Shown in pieces: positions 1-8,007 of a DNA stretch of 62,015 nucleotides. The DNA comes from a bacterium (GTDB taxonomy: Bacteria > Hydrothermota > UBA3073 > JACQXS01 > JAQTXJ01): the NCBI GenBank assembly GCA_028688815.1, contig JAQTXJ010000003.1, forward strand, positions 1-62,015, read 5' to 3'. Position numbers and translations under genes: made by a program. A model generated the notes under the pieces. The model searched no databases and had not been told where the DNA came from. It worked only from the letters and a program-made list of their open reading frames with translations. The stretch's first letter is position 1. Each line of letters starts with the position of its first letter.

Positions 1-1
1 T

Positions 2-508
2 GATGGCAAAATCCTGACCGTTCTAAGCAAACCCGTATCTTATACACAGTTTTTTTTAAGTAAAGTCCTCGGGGTTATTTCAGTGGGCTCCATAATCATA
101 GTTATAATGATGCTATCTGCTTTGATAGTAATATCCTCAACAGTTAATGCAAATATGGATATTAAAATATGGTTCGTTTTGCCTATTGCAGGAATAATAG
201 CTCATATACTCTGGACATTGATTAGCGCTACACTTTCCACGTTCATAAAAGGTTATTCAAATATAACTGCAATAATATTGTTCTCCATTTTATTTGGGGG
301 AATGTCTCTAATACCCAACGAAACAATGCGTTCAATTATAAAATTTTTATCCGATTATATTCTTCCTGAACCGGAGGCTTGTTTGACTTTGCTGCGAGAC
401 TCTAAAACTTTTTTAACCAGCAAACTTTTCCATTCATTGCTTTATATTGCATTGTTAAGTATTATAGGACCGGTTATACTTAATCACAGGGAATTAGGTA
501 AAAAATAA
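2..508 (+). CDS. ABC-2 family transporter permease, C-terminal portion (5' end outside window)
   Basis: The frame of listed ORF 83..508 stays open back to nt 2 with no stop. My translation DGKILTVLSKPVSYTQFFLSKVLGVISVGS... shows a pattern typical of ABC-2 permeases, followed by several hydrophobic helices. Stop at 506-508. Confidence 0.5.
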   Translation, partial: DGKILTVLSKPVSYTQFFLSKVLGVISVGSIIIVIMMLSALIVISSTVNANMDIKIWFVLPIAGIIAHILWTLISATLSTFIKGYSNITAIILFSILFGGMSLIPNETMRSIIKFLSDYILPEPEACLTLLRDSKTFLTSKLFHSLLYIALLSIIGPVILNHRELGKK

Positions 509-512
509 TTAT

Positions 513-2216
513 ATGACACAAAGAGATTTTCCAAAATATCTTGTTATACCTCTTACTTTATGCGCTATTCTTTATGGTGCGTTTCTGGCTAAAGAAAAGA
601 TTGAAGAAAAAAAAGCTGCTGCCAAACTTGAATGGACAGATTACAGCCAGGCGGGAAAAAAAGCTAAAATATTAGGTAAACTCGTACTGATTGATTTTTA
701 TTCTACTTTGTGTATGCCCTGCCAAAAAATGGATGAAACGACTTACAGAGATTCCCGGGTTATTGAATTGCTTAAAAAGGAATTCATATTGGTAAAAGTA
801 GACCAAAAAAATTGGTTCAACCCAAGTGTAAAAGTTGGAAAAAATGGGAATTTTGACGATTCTACACATATTATAGATGGTGAAGATATTGCCGAGCAAT
901 ATCATATTTCCAGCGTGCCTACTGTTGTTATTGCTGATTCCCTTGGTGTAGAAATAGGTAGAGTAATGGGATATCGTGAGCCCGAGACATTTATAAGAGA
1001 AATCCAAAACATATTAAAACACAAAAATCCTGTCTTGCCCGAAGGGAATGATATAGAAGGGAAAGGGTTCTTGGGAGTAGGGTTTTTAGCGTTTGATAAA
1101 GATGGAAATAAAGGCTTAGAGATAAAAACCATAGCTCAAAATAGTCCTGCTGAACAGGCAGGTCTTCAAGTAGGTGATATAATCGTTGAGGTTAACGAGA
1201 AAACCATTACGGAAGAAAAAGACTTAACAAAATTTATTATAGAAACTGAACCCGGTCAAAAATTAACATTTACTATTTTAAGGGAAAACAAAAAACAGAA
1301 AATAACAACCGTCTTATCTGAATTGCCGGATTCTCTTGTAAAACAAAGATTAGCCGATAAAGCATACAAAGCATACAAGAACAAAAACTACAAGGAATCT
1401 GCAGAAATATATGAAAAAGTAATTCAAATAAAAGGTAACACTGATAATGGAACTTTTTATGATGCAGCTTGCTCTTTTGCTCTGGCTGGGAATAAGGACA
1501 AAGCTTTTGAATACCTTGGAAAAGCTGTAGATAATGGATACTGTAATCTGCAATGGATGAGAACAGATACTGATTTGGCATCCCTTCACAAAGACCCGAG
1601 ATTCAAAAAAATTCTCCGGGAATGCAGGAAAGCGCAAAAAGAAAATGTAAGTATGTTTCTAAAAGAAGCAAACATATATAAGGCAGGTAGGGAGTGGATA
1701 TATAAAGGAAGCTTCTTAGATATTAAAGGAAAAGTTACTTCTTCTCAATCCGTTACACTAAAAATTCCGGGAGGAGATTTTCTGGAACAGCAAATTAAGA
1801 TAAGATGGAGCTACGAAGAAGGAAGCTCAGAGGAAACAGGTGTTATCGATGACTCTAAGGAAGTATGGATTCACCCGCCTCGCGAGGGAGATTTTAAGTT
1901 TACAGAGCTTACTGCTTTTCCCGAGATTCACAAACCTTTCATAAAAGGCAAAAAATGGGAAGGAGTGCTTAGTATAGGGAAAGGATGGGGGAAGTGGGAA
2001 GGACTTACAATAAAGAATGCGCATGAAATTGTTGGACAAAAAGATGTTTCTAATTTCACAGGATGCTGGCAGGTTGATACAAAAGCAGAAAGCAAAGAAG
2101 GTATTTATAAAGCTACTTTTTATTTCCATCCTGAATACGGATTTGTTCGTTGGGAATACACAAAACCCGACAGCACAAAAGTTATTCTCGACCTCGAAAA
2201 AGTCTCAGGATTTTAA
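513..2216 (+). CDS. membrane-anchored thioredoxin-fold / PDZ / TPR multidomain protein
   Basis: N-terminal hydrophobic anchor. Thioredoxin-type CxxC (LIDFYSTLCMPCQKMD). PDZ-like segment (LEIKTIAQNSPAEQAGLQVGDIIVEVNEKTI). TPR-like helices (KNKNYKESAEIYEKVIQI, GNKDKAFEYLGKAV). The C-terminal ~200 aa has no motif I recognise. Confidence 0.7.
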   Translation: MTQRDFPKYLVIPLTLCAILYGAFLAKEKIEEKKAAAKLEWTDYSQAGKKAKILGKLVLIDFYSTLCMPCQKMDETTYRDSRVIELLKKEFILVKVDQKNWFNPSVKVGKNGNFDDSTHIIDGEDIAEQYHISSVPTVVIADSLGVEIGRVMGYREPETFIREIQNILKHKNPVLPEGNDIEGKGFLGVGFLAFDKDGNKGLEIKTIAQNSPAEQAGLQVGDIIVEVNEKTITEEKDLTKFIIETEPGQKLTFTILRENKKQKITTVLSELPDSLVKQRLADKAYKAYKNKNYKESAEIYEKVIQIKGNTDNGTFYDAACSFALAGNKDKAFEYLGKAVDNGYCNLQWMRTDTDLASLHKDPRFKKILRECRKAQKENVSMFLKEANIYKAGREWIYKGSFLDIKGKVTSSQSVTLKIPGGDFLEQQIKIRWSYEEGSSEETGVIDDSKEVWIHPPREGDFKFTELTAFPEIHKPFIKGKKWEGVLSIGKGWGKWEGLTIKNAHEIVGQKDVSNFTGCWQVDTKAESKEGIYKATFYFHPEYGFVRWEYTKPDSTKVILDLEKVSGF

Positions 2217-2318
2217 TATTTTCGTCCCTGCCCGTTTCTGTTCTTTGCGCCCTTGCCGTAGCTTACAACTTTGTTACCTATGTCCCCGGTTTATACCTGA
2301 GAATCTTCGGAGTTTGTC

Positions 2319-2338
2319 ATTCCCGCGAAAGCGGGAAT
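2319..2338. repeat. GC-rich hairpin ATTCCCGC-GAAA-GCGGGAAT inside a T/C-rich leader
   Basis: Perfect 8-bp inverted repeat with a GAAA loop, read directly from the sequence. No U-tract follows. Confidence 0.7.
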
Positions 2339-2589
2339 CCATTGCTTTTCGTTATCTTTTGCCACAGTCCCGAGTCTTTTTAAGGATTTGCGTTCATTCG
2401 CGTGTATCTGCGGTTTCAATTTCTGTTTCCCGTTCATTTTTTCTTCTCTGCGACCTCTGCGCCTTTTCGTTCTGTAATAATCTCGCGATCCCAATTTGTT
2501 AATCTGTAATTTAGTGATTGACAAATATGCGTTTTAGCAACAGATATTAAATAGAACATAAATGTAATTTTTAATTTTAGGAGGCATAA

Positions 2590-4407
2590 ATGAGAAAAAA
2601 AAGTATTTATTTCTTGTTGTTTTGTACATTCACAATCTCTGCATTAACTTCCATTCAAGCCGCGTACCTTACAGACGTCCCGCAAACTCTTAAACAACCT
2701 AACGATGAAATAGTGCATTGCTTTGCTACGGGAGATGAATTCTATAGCTGGCTCCACGATGGGAACAACTTTACCATAATCCAAAATCATAAAACAGGTT
2801 ATTACGTATATGCCGATAAATCAGGCGACGAACTTGTCCCAACCACTTATGTCGTCAATAAAGTCAATCCTAAACTTGTAGGTCTGACAAAAGGGATTAA
2901 CTATTCGCCCGAGAAAATGAAACAAATGAGAAGCTCCTTTTTCAAATCCTTCCCCAAGACTAAAGGAACCAAAGCTCCAAGTACAGGAGGTATAAACAAT
3001 ATAGTAATTTTTATCAGGTTCAGTGACGAATCCGAATTCACCGATAATATATCAATATATGATAATAAATTTAACAACACTAACAGCGATTCAAATTCAA
3101 TGTATAATTATTTTAAAGAAACCTCTTATAACCAACTGGCAATTACGTCTACTTTTTATCCCCATACGGTGTCTACGGTTGTTTCTTTTCAGGACTCATT
3201 TCCACGAAACTACTACAAAGCTTACGATTCAATTACTAATCCTGACGGGTATACCGGCGGGAACAATGGAAGCCAAAGACGACACAGAGAACACGATTTG
3301 CTCGCAAATGCTGTTGACTTTGTAAGTTCTCAAATCCCGGAGAGTCTCGATATAGATGGCGACTTAGACGGGTTTGTTGACAATGTATGCTTTATTATAT
3401 ACGGAAATCCTGAAGGCTGGGCATCACTATTGTGGCCGCACAGATGGTCTTTATACAGTAACGCTGTCTATATAAACGGGATACAGGTTATGGATTATAA
3501 TTTCCAACTGCAAAGCCAGGTTCAGGTTAATGTTCTATGTCACGAAATGTTTCATTCTCTGGGCTCACCCGACCTTTATCATTACTCTTTTGACGGAATA
3601 TCCCCGGCGGGAAGATGGGATATTATGTGTACAAGTTTGAACCCGCCTGAACATATGAGTGCTTATATGAAATATAGATACGGCATCTGGATCAATGATA
3701 TACCGGAAATTGATACTAATGGAACTTATTGGCTTAAACCGCTAATTTCCTCGACTAATAATTGTTATAAAATTCCATCCCCTTATGCCGATACTGAATT
3801 TTTTGTGGTCGAATACAGAAGAAAAATCGGGGTTTTTGAGGGTACATTGCCGGGTTCGGGATTGCTTGTGTATAGAATAAATGCAGGGCAGGACGGCGCA
3901 GGCAATGCAGACGGGCCACCGGATGAGGTATATTTATACAGACCTGACGGAACACTCGATTCAAACGGAGTTACAAATTCCGCGAACTTTAGCAGTAACT
4001 CTGGAAGAACAATGATAAATGACATTACTAATCCGAGTAGCTTCCTCTCAAATGGAAACCCGGGAGGACTGTATATATATAATATCGGCTCTGTGGGGGA
4101 TTCCATCTCTTTCCGTTTTGCGGCGCCAGAGATAGGAACGGAAGAAAAACAAAACTTAACTTTTGGTCTTTCCCCGAATCTGTTTGTAGGAAAAACAACA
4201 ATACAATATTCCATACCAATAACCGCAAAAGTTTCTTTGAAACTTTATGACATCTCAGGTCGTACTGTGCGAGCGTTAGTGAACGAAGAAAAAACACCGG
4301 GAACTTATAAGGTAGACCCTGCTAAAGACCTTCCATCCGGCATCTACTTCGCAAAATTTAGCGCGGGGAATTATAGAGAGACAAAGAAATTGGTTTTGAT
4401 TAAGTAG
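2590..4407 (+). CDS. M6-family (InhA-like) zinc metalloprotease with T9SS C-terminal sorting domain
   Basis: Signal peptide MRKKSIYFLLFCTFTISALTSIQA. HExxH site HEMFHSLGSPDLY. C-terminal VSLKLYDISGRTVRALV...GIYFAKFSAGNYRETKKLVLIK fits the T9SS type-A sorting pattern. AGGAGG lies 5 nt upstream of the ATG. Confidence 0.8.
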   Translation: MRKKSIYFLLFCTFTISALTSIQAAYLTDVPQTLKQPNDEIVHCFATGDEFYSWLHDGNNFTIIQNHKTGYYVYADKSGDELVPTTYVVNKVNPKLVGLTKGINYSPEKMKQMRSSFFKSFPKTKGTKAPSTGGINNIVIFIRFSDESEFTDNISIYDNKFNNTNSDSNSMYNYFKETSYNQLAITSTFYPHTVSTVVSFQDSFPRNYYKAYDSITNPDGYTGGNNGSQRRHREHDLLANAVDFVSSQIPESLDIDGDLDGFVDNVCFIIYGNPEGWASLLWPHRWSLYSNAVYINGIQVMDYNFQLQSQVQVNVLCHEMFHSLGSPDLYHYSFDGISPAGRWDIMCTSLNPPEHMSAYMKYRYGIWINDIPEIDTNGTYWLKPLISSTNNCYKIPSPYADTEFFVVEYRRKIGVFEGTLPGSGLLVYRINAGQDGAGNADGPPDEVYLYRPDGTLDSNGVTNSANFSSNSGRTMINDITNPSSFLSNGNPGGLYIYNIGSVGDSISFRFAAPEIGTEEKQNLTFGLSPNLFVGKTTIQYSIPITAKVSLKLYDISGRTVRALVNEEKTPGTYKVDPAKDLPSGIYFAKFSAGNYRETKKLVLIK

Positions 4408-4532
4408 GGATATAGCGTGTTGGAAATCCCGATTTATCGGGACTATGTCCGGGTGTTATAATTTGTCCGTAGGGCAAGGCGGAATTTATCCCGTTGTGCC
4501 TGCCCGCCCGCCGTTCTTTTGGAGGGTCCGCC

Positions 4533-5198
4533 TTAGGAGGAACTGGAGCCTTGCGTCTTTATAGAAACTGTAGAGAGGGTTTGTTTTAAACAAATTGTCG
4601 ACAACATTCTTTCTTGAGTTCGTTCTTTCCGGTAAGAATAAAACATATCAAGGTTCTCTGCCGTACATACTTCGGGATTTATAATATCCGTTACTCCCAT
4701 ATCCTTTGCTTGTTGATAATTATTTTCCCATAAGTTATACTCGTAACACAGTGGACATATCGCTGGCCCAAATAATACAGAAATATCCTTAACGTCCGAA
4801 TTAAAATTCTGTCTTAAAATACAAAGTGTTTCATGAAGAATACCTTCTTGCGTTCCTTTTCTTCCTGCGTGCAAAAGACTTATTATCTTATTCCTTCTTT
4901 CATAAATAAATACAGGCATACAATCCGCAGTCGATACTCCAAGATAAATGCCGGGTTTGTTTGTAATGAAACCATCGCACTCATAATCGCTGGGTTCGGA
5001 TACAATAAGAACTTTGTTCCCGTGAACCTGTTTGCCTGTTATTAATTTTGCTTTGTTTTCGATAGAGTCTTTTATTTCTTTTTTATATCCTCGTAAACTT
5101 ACTACTACTTCTACCCCATCCCATTTTCCAAACTCCAGATATTTGTCTTTGAATTTCCAGTACAAATTGTCGTTATTAAATTTATGAGGTGTGTTCAT
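4533..5198 (-). CDS. pgeF: YfiH/PgeF (DUF152) family purine nucleoside phosphorylase / laccase-domain protein
   Basis: Core VSTADCMPVFIY...SLLHAGRKGTQEGI and the Cys/His pattern (PAICPLCYE) of the DUF152 family. The ATG overlaps the upstream gene's stop (ATGA). Confidence 0.75.
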   Translation of the reverse strand: MNTPHKFNNDNLYWKFKDKYLEFGKWDGVEVVVSLRGYKKEIKDSIENKAKLITGKQVHGNKVLIVSEPSDYECDGFITNKPGIYLGVSTADCMPVFIYERRNKIISLLHAGRKGTQEGILHETLCILRQNFNSDVKDISVLFGPAICPLCYEYNLWENNYQQAKDMGVTDIINPEVCTAENLDMFYSYRKERTQERMLSTICLKQTLSTVSIKTQGSSSS

Positions 5199-5758
5199 TT
5201 TGATCTATTGTAACCACATTTTATCCGCTTGTAAACATTTTTAAAATCCTGGACTATCAAACTACCTAAAGGGCGGATGGATTCTAATTCTCCTTTTGGC
5301 GATTTAAGTATTAACCCGACTTTTCGGAAGTCTTTATTAAACAATAATTCTATTGCCAATATCAAAAGTCCTATACCCATAAACAAATCGGACAGGTTCG
5401 TAGAAATATATATGGGTATGGCTATCATATCCCTTACATATCCGAATATAATGCAGTCTATTCCATTTCCTAAAAAACCCCCCATAATAAAAGAAAACGA
5501 AACATAACTTAACCGGGTTCTCTTAAATTTTATCCAGTAAAACCTGAAGAATAAAACAATAATATACAAACTTATAAACAGTAATCCAATGACCAATATT
5601 CTATTATAGGGGATAAAAACAAAAATTCCAAACAGGTATCCTTTGCTTTCAATATAGGTTAACCCCGGGATATCAAAATGTGATTTTTGTAATATAAAGG
5701 AGAATAATTTTACAAGCTGGTCTAAAAGAACTAAAGATAAGATTATCTTTTTTCTCAA
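5195..5758 (-). CDS. lspA: lipoprotein signal peptidase II (probable)
   Basis: Four hydrophobic segments. FLGNGIDCIIFGYVRDMI resembles the GN.ID R...G.V.DF motif of LspA. Size is 187 aa. Confidence 0.6.
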   Translation of the reverse strand: MRKKIILSLVLLDQLVKLFSFILQKSHFDIPGLTYIESKGYLFGIFVFIPYNRILVIGLLFISLYIIVLFFRFYWIKFKRTRLSYVSFSFIMGGFLGNGIDCIIFGYVRDMIAIPIYISTNLSDLFMGIGLLILAIELLFNKDFRKVGLILKSPKGELESIRPLGSLIVQDFKNVYKRIKCGYNRSK

Positions 5759-5782
5759 CTTTTTTGAAGGGATATTTAAACC

Positions 5783-5841
5783 AACAGACTTAAATACCGA
5801 TAGTCTGTTAGCGAAAGTAACGGACTTGATAAGTCAAGTCC
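5783..5841. repeat. two adjacent perfect 8-bp hairpins between dnaN and lspA
   Basis: AACAGACT(5783-5790)/AGTCTGTT(5802-5809) and GGACTTGA(5822-5829)-TAAG-TCAAGTCC(5834-5841). Confidence 0.7.
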
Positions 5842-5861
5842 CTACGGTAACCCTTTTCTGC

Positions 5862-6959
5862 TTATATCAATTTAATAGGCATCAGAAGATAAACAAGCTC
5901 TTCTTCTTTCTCTTCTTTCTTCGGTATATCAGGAACAATCAGTGCTGCTGCTTCAGGATCCTTAAGCAAGAACTTTACGCTTTCTGTTCCTATCTTGTTT
6001 ATTACGGATAAGATATAATTTCCGTTATAACCTATTTCCATTGAGTCGCCTTTATACTTGCACGGAATTTCTTCTTTTACCTCTCCCCTTTCGGAGTTTG
6101 CTTCTATTGTAACCGACTCATTAGATAACTTAAATTTTAACAAGTGGCTTATGTCTGGGGCAACTACCAAAGCTCTCTTTACTGCAGAATTAAGTTCTTC
6201 TTTTGAAACGGTTAGTGTCTTGTCATTGTGCTTTGGGATAACCGCTTCATAGGGAGGAAACTCTCCTTCCATTATTCGCGATACGATAATCGTATCTTCC
6301 GAGAAAAGTCCAACGGTATTTTCGTTAAAATAAATATCTACTCCCGATGAAAAATTGGCAACTTCTTTCCAAACTTTAGGAGAGATAACGAACCGCATTA
6401 TGTTTCCTAATTTTATTTTGTTCTTATATATAGCCATCCTGTGTCCGTCTGTTGCTATGATTCTGAATTCTTCCTGTTGTAAATCAAATAACGCTCCACT
6501 AATTATACTGCTGATTTCTCCGGTAGATGCCGCAAACAAAGTCTTTTCTACTCCCTTTTGCAGTACTTCAAAAGGAAGCGTAACTTTTCTTTGTTTTTTT
6601 ACGCTGAGAAGATTTGGGAAATCGGATTTATCCATACCCTGGATGTTGAATTTTATTTTTTCGCAGGTAATCTTTGCGCTTAAATTATCAACGGATATTT
6701 CGATATCCTTGTTCGGCAATTCTCTTACCATGCCATAAAAATCTTTGCCATTCAACGCGATACTTCCTTCCGCTTTAACTTCTGTTTTGTCTATAGAGGT
6801 AATTGCAGTTTCAAGGTCTGTCGCGCTTATGCTTAGTTCTTTATCTTTTGCTTCCAAGAGTACGTTTGTTAATGCCGGCATTGCGCTCTTTCCCGGCAAA
6901 ATAGGATATACCTTGCTTAAAAGTTTCTCAAGGTTCTCTTTTTTTATTTTTATTTTCAT
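5862..6959 (-). CDS. dnaN: DNA polymerase III beta subunit (sliding clamp)
   Basis: N-terminus MKIKIKKENLEKLLSKVYPILPGKSAMPALTNVLLEAKDKELSISATDLETAI. The 365-aa length matches the three-domain clamp. Confidence 0.93.
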   Translation of the reverse strand: MKIKIKKENLEKLLSKVYPILPGKSAMPALTNVLLEAKDKELSISATDLETAITSIDKTEVKAEGSIALNGKDFYGMVRELPNKDIEISVDNLSAKITCEKIKFNIQGMDKSDFPNLLSVKKQRKVTLPFEVLQKGVEKTLFAASTGEISSIISGALFDLQQEEFRIIATDGHRMAIYKNKIKLGNIMRFVISPKVWKEVANFSSGVDIYFNENTVGLFSEDTIIVSRIMEGEFPPYEAVIPKHNDKTLTVSKEELNSAVKRALVVAPDISHLLKFKLSNESVTIEANSERGEVKEEIPCKYKGDSMEIGYNGNYILSVINKIGTESVKFLLKDPEAAALIVPDIPKKEEKEEELVYLLMPIKLI

Positions 6960-6997
6960 TTTGTTTCCTCCCTTTAATCTAAATGTATATTTTACGT

Positions 6998-7867
6998 TTA
7001 ATTATTTATTTCTTGTTTTATTTCTTCTTTTCCTACCCCGAAAAAATCAAATATTCCGATAAGAGTTTTTTTGAGTTTATCTCTGGAAACTACGGCATCT
7101 ATCAACCCATGCTCAAGACAAAATTCTGCTTTTTGAAACCCTTCCGGCAGTTCTTGTTTTATTGTTTGTTGAATGACCCTTGGACCGGCAAACCCAAGCA
7201 GGGCTTTAGGTTCGGCAATTACTACGTCTCCCAGGGATGCGTATGACGCCATAACTCCTGCCGTGGTAGGATTTGTTAGAATGCTTATATAGGGGATATG
7301 TGCGTCGGCTAATTCGGATAGTGCGGCTGATGTTTTTGCCATTTGCATAAGCGATAAAATTCCTTCCTGCATTCTTGCGCCACCGGAAGCATTAATAATA
7401 ATTAACGGGATTTTGTTAGAAAGTGCAAACTCGATTGCTTTGGTTACCAGTTCGCCGACAACAGATCCCATTGACCCACCTACGAACCTGAAATCCATAA
7501 CCCCCAATGCAATTTTATAATCTCCAATCTTTCCTTCTCCAATAAGAATTGCCTCTTTTTGTCCTGTTTTTTCGGACGCGGTTTTTATTTTATCCAGGTA
7601 TCCTTCGAATTGAAGAGGGTTAGCTGTTTGGATATCAATGTCCAATTCCTTGAATTCGTCAGTCAGTATTTCTATGTATTTGCGGGCAGAAATCTTAAAG
7701 TGATAGTTGCAGAACTCGCATATCCATAAGTTCTTTGCCAGTTCCTTTTTGTAAAGAATTTCACCGCATTCTTCACATTTGACCCATAAGCCATTAGGAA
7801 CTTCCCGCTTGATGGTAGTAACTTCTATTCCTTTTTCTTTTTTGAACCACATAGTATCGGAAATCAT
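6998..7867 (-). CDS. accD: acetyl-CoA carboxylase carboxyltransferase beta subunit
   Basis: N-terminal zinc ribbon CEECGEILYKKELAKNLWICEFCNYH, followed by the carboxyltransferase core (GGSMGSVVGE, GGARMQEG). The start could be the internal MWFKKEKG. Confidence 0.9.
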   Translation of the reverse strand: MISDTMWFKKEKGIEVTTIKREVPNGLWVKCEECGEILYKKELAKNLWICEFCNYHFKISARKYIEILTDEFKELDIDIQTANPLQFEGYLDKIKTASEKTGQKEAILIGEGKIGDYKIALGVMDFRFVGGSMGSVVGELVTKAIEFALSNKIPLIIINASGGARMQEGILSLMQMAKTSAALSELADAHIPYISILTNPTTAGVMASYASLGDVVIAEPKALLGFAGPRVIQQTIKQELPEGFQKAEFCLEHGLIDAVVSRDKLKKTLIGIFDFFGVGKEEIKQEINN

Positions 7868-8007
7868 AATAAAGAAGTTGCCCTATGTCAACAAATTTTA
7901 CTTAGAATTAATATTAGGTATTCTTGTTTTTCCCTGTTTTTACTTTTTTGGGTGGTTCGGCGAAAACTAATTGACACTTTTTTAACAATATTATATTAGT
8001 AAAAACT

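Noticed and set aside
2017-2524. Three overlapping ORFs (161, 77, 77 aa) in the spacer after the thioredoxin/PDZ gene
   Set aside because: They translate the T/C-rich low-complexity leader and the GC hairpin (SFPRKRESI). They overlap each other on both strands and have no RBS. Treated as non-coding.
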